A DNA stretch of 64,000 nucleotides from positions 7 through 64,006 of the forward strand of contig JAADGE010000001.1 in assembly GCA_013152535.1 (NCBI GenBank), given 5' to 3'. This stretch comes from Chlorobiota bacterium (GTDB taxonomy: Bacteria > Bacteroidota > Bacteroidia > Bacteroidales > JAADGE01). The notes under the pieces were generated by a model. That model saw nothing but the letters and a program-made list of their open reading frames with translations, was not told the origin of the DNA and searched no databases. A program made the translations under genes and the position numbers. This document shows, piece by piece, positions 1 through 10,095 of the stretch. Every line of letters starts with the position of its first letter. Position 1 is the first letter of the stretch.

Positions 1-2
1 TT

Positions 3-3000
3 AAGGCATCATTACTTGAAATAACTACTGACAGTACTCGGATATATACTTCTGCAGCAACCGGTGTATCGGGCGGCTTTGCCGTCGGTCGTTATGCCTT
101 GGCAAAAGGGGGAAAGTCTTATGTTAAAAAATATTTTTTTACCGATTATGACAGCACTCGAGTTTATACCGACGGAACCGGTACCAAAGGCGTGTCCGGA
201 GGTTTTGCAGTAGGACGATATGCCTTGGCAAAAGGCAGCACACAAAATTATAATTTTTATACGGATGTTGACAGTACGCGTGTATTTACCGGCGGTTTAA
301 CCAAAGGCGTGTCCGGAGGTTTTGCAGTAGGAAGATATGCCTTGGCAAAAGGCAGTTCAGGAAATTATATGTATATGATTCCCGATAATTATTTTATAGG
401 CGATCAATCCGGCGAAGCACTCCAAAACAGCACATATACCGGAAAATACAATACATTTTTCGGCTATCAAACAGGTATGACTGATACTTCCGGCACGAGA
501 AATGTCCTTTTGGGGTATCAGGCAGGAACAAATATAACTGCCGGTTCCGATAATGTACTTTTAGGATATCAGGCAGGACGCGAATTAACTTCTGCCGGAA
601 ATAATATAAGCATAGGTACACAGGCAGGGTTTAATAACGATTCGGCAAGTAACAATATTTTTATCGGTAATCGTGCAGGTTTTAATCATATCGAATCTCC
701 GTCCGATTTTCCTGCCGATAATAATATTTATCTCGGAAATCAAGCCGGTTACGGACAATTCGGAATAGATTCTTCTTACAATAATATATTTATAGGAAAC
801 CAAGCCGGTTTTGCATCAGAAAGCGGCGGAACAAATGTGTTCCTCGGAAATCAAGCAGGGATGTCAAACAGAACCGGATCTCAAAACGTATTTCTCGGAA
901 ATGATGCCGGAATAAGTAATGAATCCGGAGACGCAAATGTTTTGCTTGGCGATTTTGCCGGAGAGTCTCTTGTATCGGGCAGTTATAATGTATTTCTAGG
1001 GAGACAAGCAGGTGACAGTCTGATTGACGGAGAATTAAATGTGTTTATCGGCGATTTAACAGGGCACGATATAAAACACGGTTACAAAAATACATTTATA
1101 GGAACCGATGCCGGTGGTAGTGCTTTGGGTGGGGATAATAATATTTTTATGGGAGTACAAGCCGGTTTTTGGCATAATTTCGGTAATGATAATGTATATC
1201 TTGGAAATAGTGCGGGTACGGGAGCAGAAACATTTATAGGAACAAATCAACGTAATGTTATACTCGGAGCAAATGCCGGGACTTTTATGGATGATGCAAT
1301 AGATAATGTTTTTATCGGACATAAAGCTGGTGAAGGAAGTATATCGGGAAGTGTTACAGGTGATTTTAATGTAGTTGTCGGAGAGCAGTCAGGCAATCAT
1401 ATTACTTCCGGGGAGAAGAATGTATTCCTCGGAAATGAAACCGGTTACAACAATACAGAAGGAAGCGGAAATATATTTTTAGGATACAGATGCGGCTTTG
1501 CAAATACAGTTGGTAATAATAATACTTTTATGGGCTTTCAGTCAGGGCGATCAAATACAAGCGGAACCGGAAATATTTTTTTGGGACCGTATACCGGTGA
1601 TGCAAATACGACAGGAAAACAAAATGCATTTATAGGGGTTGATGCCGGAAAATCTAATGTAGACGGAGAGCAAAATACTTTTATAGGATGGTCTGCAGGC
1701 GAAAATAATACATCAGGAGGTAATAATATCTTTATCGGCTCCGGTTCAGGTATTGCTAATACAACAGGACTTAGTAATATTTTTATCGGTACTTTAGCCG
1801 GTCAAGCTAATTTGGATACTCATTCCAATACATATATCGGTTCAAATGCCGGTTTGTGGAAAAAAGGCCAAGAAAACACTTATATTGGTGGTCAGGCCGG
1901 TTTTGGAAACGGGAATGGAGACGGAAATAATAATGTAGCAATAGGGAATCAAGCCGGATTTGCTTTTGGCGGTAATAATAATGTTTTTGTTGGAAATCAA
2001 GCGGGTTACAGAATTGTTGGTGACGGTAATGTACTTATCGGAAATCAAGCCGGTTATTATGAAACCGGGTCAAATACACTTTATATTGATAATTCTTCCA
2101 CATCTACACCCTTAATTTGGGGTGATTTTGCAAATGACAGTGTTAAAATTTTCAGCCATTTGAATATTAATAATGCTTATACTTTCCCGATTTCTGACGG
2201 AGCAAACGGTTATGTGCTTACAAGTGACGGATTGGGCAATGTGAGTTGGACATCCAAAAATGCAAATGCTGACGGAACAACAGCAAGCAACGGATTGTAT
2301 GAATCCGGTGTTGATGTGCGTCTCGGTGGTTCTTTAACGGAAAATACTACTGTTTCTCAATCTGATTACGGAATGGTTTATGATTTAACCGGTACAGGTG
2401 ATTTTGAAGTACGTGATAACGGTGCTACGGCTTTTTATATAGGAGATAACGGAAATGTGGGTATTGGCAGCATAAGTTCTCCTGATAATAAATTATATGT
2501 ATATCGTGCATCCGGAGATTACGGTGCCGGGAAATCAGATATTTATGCATTCAGATCCGGAACCTCGGGAGCAACAAACGGCGGGACTGCTTGGAGTTTT
2601 TCGGGTGCTGATGTTGCCGTAAAAGGATTTAACTATTATGGGAATCAATATACTGCAGGTGTTGCCGGTTACAGTTATCTTGACTATAACAACAGTGCTG
2701 CAATTATAGGAGCAATGCAAGACGGTACAAACAGCGGGATGTTGGCATATAAAGACAATAACGGTAAAATATGGGCAGGTTATTTTGACGGGGACTTAAA
2801 AGTTACGGGAGGAGTATCAATGAATATACAAACTGTTAATACTGATTTAACAATTACTGATACTGACGGAATTTATACTTTGTTAGCTTCAAATACAATA
2901 ACAATAACTTTACCGACTGCCGCTGATAATAAGGGCAGAATAATTATTATACAAAAAAATTCAGGAAACGCATCAACTGTTACAATTGACGGAGAAGGAA

Positions 3001-3104
3001 CGGAAACAATTAACGGTTTATCGTCTGTTAGCCTGACAAATATGTATACGACTTATACCTTGCAATCAGATGGTACGGAATGGAGAATTATAAGCCAAAT
3101 TTAA
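3..3104 (+). CDS. Large surface beta-helix repeat protein (adhesin- or tail-fibre-like), 5' end cut by window edge
   Basis: The frame is open from nt 3. Residues before the ORF-track TTG at 99 read KASLLEITTDSTRIYTSAATGVSGGFAVGRYALAKG, another copy of the downstream repeat, so the true start lies upstream of the window. About 30 tandem 17-aa units (N-[VIT]-F-[LI]-G-x-x-A-G...) are followed by a ~330-aa non-repetitive C-terminal region. Confidence 0.85.
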   Translation, partial: KASLLEITTDSTRIYTSAATGVSGGFAVGRYALAKGGKSYVKKYFFTDYDSTRVYTDGTGTKGVSGGFAVGRYALAKGSTQNYNFYTDVDSTRVFTGGLTKGVSGGFAVGRYALAKGSSGNYMYMIPDNYFIGDQSGEALQNSTYTGKYNTFFGYQTGMTDTSGTRNVLLGYQAGTNITAGSDNVLLGYQAGRELTSAGNNISIGTQAGFNNDSASNNIFIGNRAGFNHIESPSDFPADNNIYLGNQAGYGQFGIDSSYNNIFIGNQAGFASESGGTNVFLGNQAGMSNRTGSQNVFLGNDAGISNESGDANVLLGDFAGESLVSGSYNVFLGRQAGDSLIDGELNVFIGDLTGHDIKHGYKNTFIGTDAGGSALGGDNNIFMGVQAGFWHNFGNDNVYLGNSAGTGAETFIGTNQRNVILGANAGTFMDDAIDNVFIGHKAGEGSISGSVTGDFNVVVGEQSGNHITSGEKNVFLGNETGYNNTEGSGNIFLGYRCGFANTVGNNNTFMGFQSGRSNTSGTGNIFLGPYTGDANTTGKQNAFIGVDAGKSNVDGEQNTFIGWSAGENNTSGGNNIFIGSGSGIANTTGLSNIFIGTLAGQANLDTHSNTYIGSNAGLWKKGQENTYIGGQAGFGNGNGDGNNNVAIGNQAGFAFGGNNNVFVGNQAGYRIVGDGNVLIGNQAGYYETGSNTLYIDNSSTSTPLIWGDFANDSVKIFSHLNINNAYTFPISDGANGYVLTSDGLGNVSWTSKNANADGTTASNGLYESGVDVRLGGSLTENTTVSQSDYGMVYDLTGTGDFEVRDNGATAFYIGDNGNVGIGSISSPDNKLYVYRASGDYGAGKSDIYAFRSGTSGATNGGTAWSFSGADVAVKGFNYYGNQYTAGVAGYSYLDYNNSAAIIGAMQDGTNSGMLAYKDNNGKIWAGYFDGDLKVTGGVSMNIQTVNTDLTITDTDGIYTLLASNTITITLPTAADNKGRIIIIQKNSGNASTVTIDGEGTETINGLSSVSLTNMYTTYTLQSDGTEWRIISQI
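27..380 (+). repeat. Three tandem 38-40-codon repeats inside the 5' part of the surface protein
   Basis: Units start near 27, 141 and 261 (TDxDSTR[VI][YF]T...KGVSGGFAVGRYALAKG). Copies 2 and 3 share a near-identical DNA stretch: aaaggcgtgtccggaggttttgcagtagga[c/a]gatatgccttggcaaaaggcag. Confidence 0.85.
384..2092 (+). repeat. Intragenic array of ~30 x 51-nt (17-aa) beta-helix-type units
   Basis: Consecutive units such as NVFLGNQAGMSNRTGSQ / NVFLGNDAGISNESGDA / NVLLGDFAGESLVSGSY, read directly from the translation. Confidence 0.8.
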
Positions 3105-3170
3105 TTTAAATCAAAATAAAACATTGCAGGAGTGCAAATTGTTTTGTGTAGTTTTTTTTCATAGATTTTC

Positions 3171-3197
3171 ATCCCGCCGAGAGGCGGGATGTTTTGT
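3171..3197 (+). terminator. Rho-independent terminator after the surface-protein gene
   Basis: atcccgcc-gaga-ggcgggat forms an 8-bp GC-rich stem with a 4-nt loop, followed by gttttgt. It lies between convergent genes. Confidence 0.75.
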
Positions 3198-3261
3198 ATA
3201 ATCGTTTTAAAAATTACTGACAGGATTTTAAACCTTCCTTGAAAATATAATATATTTGTAA

Positions 3262-5370
3262 TTATAAGTCTAAACTTTTTACTACTATTTCGGCAATATC
3301 CAAAACTTCAATTTCATTTTCTTTATCTTTCATTTTTATTCCGTCTTTCAGCATTGTCATACACATAGGGCAGGCAGTTGCTATAATATTACAGCCGGTT
3401 TCAAGAGCATCTTCGGTGCGAAGTTCATACACTTCTTTATCACCTTTTTCGGCTTCTTTAAACATTTGCGTTCCGCCGGCACCGCAGCATAATGAACGAC
3501 TTTTATGTCTGTTCATTTCGGTAATATCACTTATTTTATTAAGTGTAAATCGCGGAGCTTCGTATTCGCCGTTTCCTCTGCCGAGATAACACGGGTCGTG
3601 ATAAGTAATTTTTTTATCGCTGAAAAGTTCGGAATTAAGGTCTAATTTTCCGTTTTCAATAAGTTGCTTAATAAATTGTGTGTGATGAAGAACTTCATAA
3701 TTTCCTCCGAGATCGCAATATTCATTTTTAAGAGTATTAAAATCGTGCGGATCGCAAGTAATAATCTTTTTTACATTATAGCCGTTCATTACTTCAATAT
3801 TCATAAAAGCCTGCATTTGAAATAAAAACTCGTTTCCGGCACGTTTTGCGTTATCACCGGAATCGGTTTCTTCGGTTCCGAGGCATGCATAGTCAACACC
3901 GGCAAAGTCTAATATTTTTGCAAAATTACGAGAAATTTCCATACCGCCTTCATCATAACTTCCGGCAGACCCTACCCAGAACAAATATTCGGGAGTTTTA
4001 TTTTCTGCAAGTTTTTCTGACATTAAAGGGACTTTTATCTCTTTTTCTTCACCTTTTACAGTTATTTTTATTTTATCAGCCCAATTAAAACGATCGGCAG
4101 CAGAATATTTCCAAGGTGCACCGTTATTTTCAATATTCGTTGACATAGCATTAATTAAAGCCGGTGCTTTTGATTCTTCTAAGAAAATATAACGACGCAT
4201 TTCCAATATCATTGAAGGATGATCAATATCTACGGGACATTCCTGTGCACAAGCATTACAAGTTGTGCAGGCCCAGAGTTCTTCGTAAGTTGTATGATCG
4301 GGGTATAAAGCCTTTCCGTCGGAATAGGATTTACCTTCTTTCAACAGTCCTTTCATTTTTTCTTCCATACGTCTTCGGTAATCCAAAACTATTTTTCGCG
4401 GAGAAAGTGCTTTCCCGGTCTGATTTGCCGGACAAACAGAAGTACATCTTCCGCATTGTGTACAAGCAAGCGAATCAATGTAATTTTTCCAAGTTCCGTC
4501 TTCAACATCTTTCATTCCGAAACGTTCAACTTCTTCTTCATCTTCAGGCATCGGAGCATCGGGGTTCAACATTAATTTAACTTCTTTGGTAACCGATTCC
4601 ATTTCATTCATTTTTGTATAAGGTTCCGTTCGCGAAAAATACACATTCGGAATTGACATAAATACATGAAAGTGTTTTGAATAAGGCAAATAATTTGCAA
4701 AAAAGAATATCAAAATAATATGTGACCACCACATTATCATCTCAATTGTATGAGCAGAACCGACCGGTATCCAATTAGTTATTAACGAACTTAAAGGAAA
4801 AACGCCTTTCATTTGTGAACCGGCACTGACAATATATGAAGTATTCATTCCGATTAAACTAATCATCAAAAACAAAATAAGTAATAAGGCAAATGTTGCA
4901 TCTTTATGATCACGATGCCTCATTTCTTTACCTGTAAAGCGTTTGATGTGCATAAAATTTCTTCTGATAAGAAAAGCAATAATCAGCACAAGAATTATCC
5001 AAGCAAAAATATCGCTGCCGGCAATTAAAATATCATATACAACACCGAGAAAGGAAAAAATACGATCGTTTGCAGGATTTCCGTCAAACGGCGTTCCTAT
5101 TAATCCGTCAATAAGCATTTCGCCCGAGCCGAAAGTTATGAGCAAAAAGCCCCAGAAAACCATAGCATGCATAATTCCTACAACCGGAAATCGCATAATT
5201 TTAGTTTGCCCGAAAGCAACATTAAAAACGTTTTTGATACGTTCGCCGACATTGGAAATTGAATATGGTTTTTTTAAAAGATTAATAATTTTAAAAATTC
5301 TTGAAAAACTCCAAGTTAAAATTCCGAAACCGATAATCGTTGTTACGATAAAAAGAATATGTTCTGCCAT
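3262..5370 (-). CDS. Membrane-anchored Fe-S oxidoreductase (multi-TM NarI/DsrM-like N-terminus fused to HdrD/GlpC-like 2x[4Fe-4S] and CCG domains)
   Basis: Ferredoxin motifs CTQCGRCTSVCP and CTTCNACAQECP. C-terminal Cys-rich CCG-type motifs CDPHDF, CYLGRGNG, CCGAGG and CPMCMTM. About 6 hydrophobic helices in the first ~250 aa. Confidence 0.75.
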   Translation of the reverse strand: MAEHILFIVTTIIGFGILTWSFSRIFKIINLLKKPYSISNVGERIKNVFNVAFGQTKIMRFPVVGIMHAMVFWGFLLITFGSGEMLIDGLIGTPFDGNPANDRIFSFLGVVYDILIAGSDIFAWIILVLIIAFLIRRNFMHIKRFTGKEMRHRDHKDATFALLLILFLMISLIGMNTSYIVSAGSQMKGVFPLSSLITNWIPVGSAHTIEMIMWWSHIILIFFFANYLPYSKHFHVFMSIPNVYFSRTEPYTKMNEMESVTKEVKLMLNPDAPMPEDEEEVERFGMKDVEDGTWKNYIDSLACTQCGRCTSVCPANQTGKALSPRKIVLDYRRRMEEKMKGLLKEGKSYSDGKALYPDHTTYEELWACTTCNACAQECPVDIDHPSMILEMRRYIFLEESKAPALINAMSTNIENNGAPWKYSAADRFNWADKIKITVKGEEKEIKVPLMSEKLAENKTPEYLFWVGSAGSYDEGGMEISRNFAKILDFAGVDYACLGTEETDSGDNAKRAGNEFLFQMQAFMNIEVMNGYNVKKIITCDPHDFNTLKNEYCDLGGNYEVLHHTQFIKQLIENGKLDLNSELFSDKKITYHDPCYLGRGNGEYEAPRFTLNKISDITEMNRHKSRSLCCGAGGTQMFKEAEKGDKEVYELRTEDALETGCNIIATACPMCMTMLKDGIKMKDKENEIEVLDIAEIVVKSLDL

Positions 5371-5731
5371 TTTAAATCTGTTTTTTAGTTTTCTGTTTCA
5401 AAAATAATAAATATTATGCCTGCATAAGAATATTTTTGCAATTTAGAATGATTTTAAATAAAAACCTGTCATTTACCTTCAAAAAATAAAGCTTCTTTAA
5501 GTGTTATAACTCTTTGATTTTAATATTAATAATTTCCAAAAATTTACATGAACAGTATAAATCATTTATTTTATTTATATTTTGAGAATATGTGTTCTGA
5601 AAAGAAAGAAATCCGAGAATAAAAAACAGGAAATACTTCATAATAAAAGGATTTTAAATTATTACAAATTAACAGATAATTATAAAAAATCCGTATTATT
5701 GCAAACTGTTTATTAACATAAAATTTGGAAG

Positions 5732-6235
5732 GTGCTCTATTTTAAAAAATCTGCTATATTATTAATAGTACTTGTATTTGCCTCATTTACAGCCTCTTCA
5801 CAGAGAGCAAAACTATATGATACAAATGCCGACGGTTTACAACAATTTAAAACAGCTGTTGAACAAGCACAAAAAGAAAATAAACACGTAATGGTTCAAA
5901 TAGGCGGCAATTGGTGTTCGTGGTGTTATAAATTTCATGATTTTTATACGAATGACACACAACTTGATTCGATGATTAAGGCGGATTATGTTGTTATTCG
6001 CGTTAATTACGATAAATCAATGAAGAATGAGCAATTGTTTGCTCAACTTGGCTGTCCGCAACGTTTCGGATTTCCGGTTATCGTTATTTGCAATGCCGAA
6101 GGAAAAAGATTGCATACACAAAATTCGTGGTATTTAGAAGATGGTAAAGGCAGTTATAACAAGGAGAAATTTATTGCATTTTTAAAAAATTGGACGGTTA
6201 AAGCAGTAAATCCGGATAGTTATAAGAAGAAATAA
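5732..6235 (+). CDS. Secreted thioredoxin-fold protein (thioredoxin/DUF255-like)
   Basis: N-terminal signal-like segment (ILLIVLVFASFTASSQ), CxxC motif WCSWC, GTG start. Confidence 0.7.
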   Translation: MLYFKKSAILLIVLVFASFTASSQRAKLYDTNADGLQQFKTAVEQAQKENKHVMVQIGGNWCSWCYKFHDFYTNDTQLDSMIKADYVVIRVNYDKSMKNEQLFAQLGCPQRFGFPVIVICNAEGKRLHTQNSWYLEDGKGSYNKEKFIAFLKNWTVKAVNPDSYKKK

Positions 6236-6272
6236 AACTTTCTGAAATCAAATTTCTAAACGTTTTTAACTT

Positions 6273-6920
6273 TTATTTTACGGCTTTTACCATATGTCGT
6301 TTTCCTTCAGGACCTTTCAGTCGTTTTACGGTAAATCCGACTTTTCGCAATGCCTGTTTTATGATTCCTTTTGCAGAATATGTTACAAGAATACCGTTTT
6401 TTCCGGTTGCTGCATATAACTTTGTAAAAATATCTTCTGTCCAAAGTTCGGGTTGCTTATCGGGCGAAAAAGCATCGAAATAAATTAAATCAAAAGTTTT
6501 ATCAGGATAATAATCAAGCAAATCAATTTGTATTTTCTTTAGTGTAAAATTATCAGATATTTTAACCGGTTTTTCCCAAATTGCCTGCTGTATTTTTTTT
6601 GAAATTTCTGAACTGAAAACAGAATTTTCTTGTAAACTGTTTATAATTTCGGAAGATAAAGGATATTTTTCAAGGCTTTCATAATAAATTAGTTTTTTTA
6701 ATTTTATATTTTCCGTATAGCTTAAAATTGTATTTAATCCGGTTCCGAAACCTATTTCCAAAATATTGACAGTCTCTTTTTCAATTTGTTTCAAACCGGC
6801 ATTAATAAACACATGAACCGATTCCCGGACAGCACCGTTTACGGAATGATAATGTTCATCAAGTTCCGAAACATAAAGTGTAGGCGATTGATCAGCTGTT
6901 AATACTTTTTTTAGTTTCAT
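6273..6920 (-). CDS. SAM-dependent methyltransferase, MnmC methyltransferase-domain-like (tRNA mnm5s2U family)
   Basis: Motifs ILEIGFGTGLN and DLIYFDAFSPDKQPELW. I prefer the ATG at 6920 (MKLKKVL...), 3 nt after the upstream gene's stop, over the ORF-track start at 6974, which overlaps that gene. Confidence 0.7.
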   Translation of the reverse strand: MKLKKVLTADQSPTLYVSELDEHYHSVNGAVRESVHVFINAGLKQIEKETVNILEIGFGTGLNTILSYTENIKLKKLIYYESLEKYPLSSEIINSLQENSVFSSEISKKIQQAIWEKPVKISDNFTLKKIQIDLLDYYPDKTFDLIYFDAFSPDKQPELWTEDIFTKLYAATGKNGILVTYSAKGIIKQALRKVGFTVKRLKGPEGKRHMVKAVK

Positions 6921-6922
6921 AA

Positions 6923-8197
6923 TCAGTACCTGTAAACAATTCCTGAACGCCAAGATCTTACGGCTCTGTTCCAAATAGTGATGTATTTTGCATTACGTAA
7001 TAATTCAAAATCATTTCCGGAAATTGCATTTTCGGGGATTGTAAAAATAAATTCTGCCTTTTTATTTTCTTTAGTATTGATATAAATCCATTTTTCGGCA
7101 TCATCAAAATTTTTGATGTCATCGGGCGGACCGAACATCATATATATCATTCCTCTGTCGGTTTTCCAACCTTCTTTATAAGATGTAAAATAATAATTGG
7201 CATATATTGCTCTGTTATACCAAATTTTTAATATTTCTCGTGCACGTTCCTTATTTTTTGTTGCCTGCAACCAAAAATTATCAATACTTAATTTTTTATT
7301 ATCGGAACGAATCATTTTCAGATATTCGTCATCGGAAAGCAAATATTTTGTTGCCTCTGCAAGTTCATAGGATTTTGTCAACAGGGGATAGGTATTGCTG
7401 AAATTCACTTTCAATAATCCTTTATGTTTTAAGGTATCGGCTTTTATAAGATAAAGTCCTCTTCGTTTAGTTTTAAAAATTATTTGACCTGAATGTGCCG
7501 GAACATTCCAAACAGAATCGGGAGTTGATTGTAATGAGCTAATATCCTGTATTTTAAAAGGCTCCAAAGCTTCGGGAAAATGATTATTAAAATGCTTAAT
7601 TTGCATTTTACTGACGGATTTATTTTTATACCTGATAAGTAAAGTATCGTTTAATCGAAAATATTCTTTAAAAACAGGTTTTAGATTTTGAGCTTTTAAA
7701 CTGAGATAATATTGCTCATTATCATCACCGGAATTATTAATCCTGATAAATGAATGACTTCGTTTGTCAGCATACACATCGGTTAGCATAATTTCAACAA
7801 TATAATGCTTGTCTTTGATATTTTTTAATTTTATGAATGTGATAACGCTTGTTTGATTCGGACTTTTTTTAACTGTAAATGAAGTTTTTGCACTGTCAAT
7901 TATCAGATTATTTTTTACGGACGGTTTTATTTTGTAGGTAATTTTTATAATTGCTTGGTTGACTTTATCGGCATTTGCACTGCTGAACCGGAGTTCATTT
8001 GTAAAAAGTTTAATGTACAGTTTTGAATAAGAATCGGACGCATGAAATACTTTAAATTTCGGATGCAAAACAAAACTCGTAGGGTTGTATTGAGATGCAT
8101 TAGTTTTGGTTCTTTGAGGCTTTTGGATTAGACAAGCCGAAAAAAAACTTAATAATATGCTTATTATCAGTAATTTATATAAAATATTTTTTTTCAT
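6923..8197 (-). CDS. GWxTD domain-containing protein (secreted/lipoprotein)
   Basis: Literal GWKTDRG motif followed by MIYMMFGPPD. N-terminal signal sequence with Cys (LLSFFSAC). Confidence 0.8.
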   Translation of the reverse strand: MKKNILYKLLIISILLSFFSACLIQKPQRTKTNASQYNPTSFVLHPKFKVFHASDSYSKLYIKLFTNELRFSSANADKVNQAIIKITYKIKPSVKNNLIIDSAKTSFTVKKSPNQTSVITFIKLKNIKDKHYIVEIMLTDVYADKRSHSFIRINNSGDDNEQYYLSLKAQNLKPVFKEYFRLNDTLLIRYKNKSVSKMQIKHFNNHFPEALEPFKIQDISSLQSTPDSVWNVPAHSGQIIFKTKRRGLYLIKADTLKHKGLLKVNFSNTYPLLTKSYELAEATKYLLSDDEYLKMIRSDNKKLSIDNFWLQATKNKERAREILKIWYNRAIYANYYFTSYKEGWKTDRGMIYMMFGPPDDIKNFDDAEKWIYINTKENKKAEFIFTIPENAISGNDFELLRNAKYITIWNRAVRSWRSGIVYRY

Positions 8198-8210
8198 TAG
8201 TGATATTGAT

Positions 8211-9086
8211 TTATAAAATATTTAAACTTTGCTCTTTAACTTTCCCGAGATAATCCTTCATATTTACAACAATTTTTTGAATTTCGGCATGATTTGCTTT
8301 TGAACCGAGTGTGTTAATTTCTCGACCTATTTCTTGTACAATAAAACCGAGTTTGTTTCCTGCAACTTCATTTTGCTGCATTGTTTCAAGAAAATATTCG
8401 CAATGATTTTTTAAGCGTATTTTTTCTTCGTTTATGTCAAATTTATCAAGAAAAAGGATAATTTCCTGCTCAAAACGATCGGCATTTTGTTTGCTTGCAT
8501 CCAAATATTCATGTAATTTTGATTTTAATCGTTCTTTAACAGTTTCAATGCGTTCGTTTTCGTATTTTTCAACTTCCGGAATCAAAGATATTATGTGCTG
8601 AATATTTTCTTTGATGTCTTTTTCGGCAGATAATCCTTCCTGTGCTCTGAATTTATTAATTTCTGAAATCGTTTCTGAAATAACTTTTTTTATCTCCTGC
8701 CATTCTTCCGGATTTTCACTTTCTTCTTCATTTTTAATAATATCGGGTAATTTTAATACGGCTTGCAAAAGATGTTCGTTTTCGGGTTTTAAATGATGAG
8801 ATTTTGCAATTTCGGAAAGTTCGTTAAAATATAATGATATTTTTTCCTTATCTAATTTTAAAATATCAGTTTCGAGATTATTAATATTTAAAATAAAACT
8901 AATTTTACCGCCCTTTAATTCTTTTGACAGTAAATTTCTGATTTCCAACTCTTTATTGTTATACGATTCGGGAACTTTTACTTGAAGATTTAAATTTTTA
9001 CTGTTTAATGATTTTATCTCAACACTAATTTTTTTATTATTTATTGTAAGAGATTTTTTACCGTAACCGGTCATTGATTTTATCAT
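8211..9086 (-). CDS. YicC/YloC family stress-induced protein (endoribonuclease family)
   Basis: Typical N-terminus MIKSMTGYG. Conserved C-terminal motifs GFIVQEIGREINTLGSKAN and EQSLNIL. Confidence 0.85.
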   Translation of the reverse strand: MIKSMTGYGKKSLTINNKKISVEIKSLNSKNLNLQVKVPESYNNKELEIRNLLSKELKGGKISFILNINNLETDILKLDKEKISLYFNELSEIAKSHHLKPENEHLLQAVLKLPDIIKNEEESENPEEWQEIKKVISETISEINKFRAQEGLSAEKDIKENIQHIISLIPEVEKYENERIETVKERLKSKLHEYLDASKQNADRFEQEIILFLDKFDINEEKIRLKNHCEYFLETMQQNEVAGNKLGFIVQEIGREINTLGSKANHAEIQKIVVNMKDYLGKVKEQSLNIL

Positions 9087-9099
9087 AATTCACTAATTT

Positions 9100-10074
9100 T
9101 CAGTTTGCAAAATAATTAATATCTTTTAAAATTAAATCAAAATCATAATATTTAACAATTACAACATCTTGGTTGTTGATAATTGCACGTAATTTATTCA
9201 TATCAAAATTATTCGTTGAATCGTTCTCAATTTTGAATAATTTAACGTTTTTAATACTGTTATTGTCGGTTTCCACTGTAATATCGGCAAAAGGTATTTC
9301 TTTTAGTAATTTATTATGTATTTTTTCTGTATCAGTAGTTTCGGAGGAAAATTTTACATTCATAAAATAGCTCAAATAACTTCCTACTTTTTGTAAATTA
9401 ATATTCGTAATATATTTATTTTCTTGAAAACTGAAAATCTTAGCTGTGTCCGGGAACACTTCAAGTCTGAAAGATTTTGCATTGTTATTCGGATATTTTA
9501 AAATAATTGTCTTTATCTCATTCGGATTATAAGAAAAAATTTCGGGTTTCAGCCAATACAAGGCATTGATATTATAACGATAATTCAAATTATTTTCCAC
9601 ACCCGGAATATTTACAATAAACGGAATGTTATTTTCGACATTCATCATATAAGTCCCTTCATATTCTTTATTATAACTTCCTACAATAATTTTCTTAATA
9701 AGCTTATTATCAGAATTATATATTTCAATTCTCTTACCTTTACTTTGTAAATATTTTACTGTAGAATCGTTTTCTGAAATTAAAACAGGTTTATTTATTT
9801 TTGCTTCGGTAAGTGTTTGATACAACATTTTAATTGCTTTTTTATTTGCCGGATATTTATTATCGACAATCCATGCTCCCTCGGGATGTGTTCTGCTTAA
9901 TGTAACTTTCTCGGAATTTTGTATAATAATAACTTTTGCAATTTCGGAGGTATCTTTAATCAGAAATATTTCGGATGTTATATTTGTTGATTGAGGGATT
10001 AAAAAAAAATAAATTCCGAACGCAATAACAATAAAAAATATTGCTGTAATAATTATTTTTAAAACTTTGCTCAT
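9100..10074 (-). CDS. Membrane-anchored hypothetical protein (possibly DUF4340-like)
   Basis: Single N-terminal TM (IIITAIFFIVIAFGIYFFL) followed by a beta-rich periplasmic-looking body. No catalytic motif recognised. Confidence 0.6.
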   Translation of the reverse strand: MSKVLKIIITAIFFIVIAFGIYFFLIPQSTNITSEIFLIKDTSEIAKVIIIQNSEKVTLSRTHPEGAWIVDNKYPANKKAIKMLYQTLTEAKINKPVLISENDSTVKYLQSKGKRIEIYNSDNKLIKKIIVGSYNKEYEGTYMMNVENNIPFIVNIPGVENNLNYRYNINALYWLKPEIFSYNPNEIKTIILKYPNNNAKSFRLEVFPDTAKIFSFQENKYITNINLQKVGSYLSYFMNVKFSSETTDTEKIHNKLLKEIPFADITVETDNNSIKNVKLFKIENDSTNNFDMNKLRAIINNQDVVIVKYYDFDLILKDINYFAN

Positions 10075-10095
10075 AAGTTAAATTCTGGCAATTAA

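Noticed and set aside
1-3104. Prophage, based on the tail-fibre-like repeat protein
   Set aside because: No other phage-type genes (portal, terminase, baseplate, integrase) follow it. The next genes are Fe-S oxidoreductase, thioredoxin-like and tRNA-modification genes. A chromosomal surface protein is more likely, although the upstream side lies outside the window.
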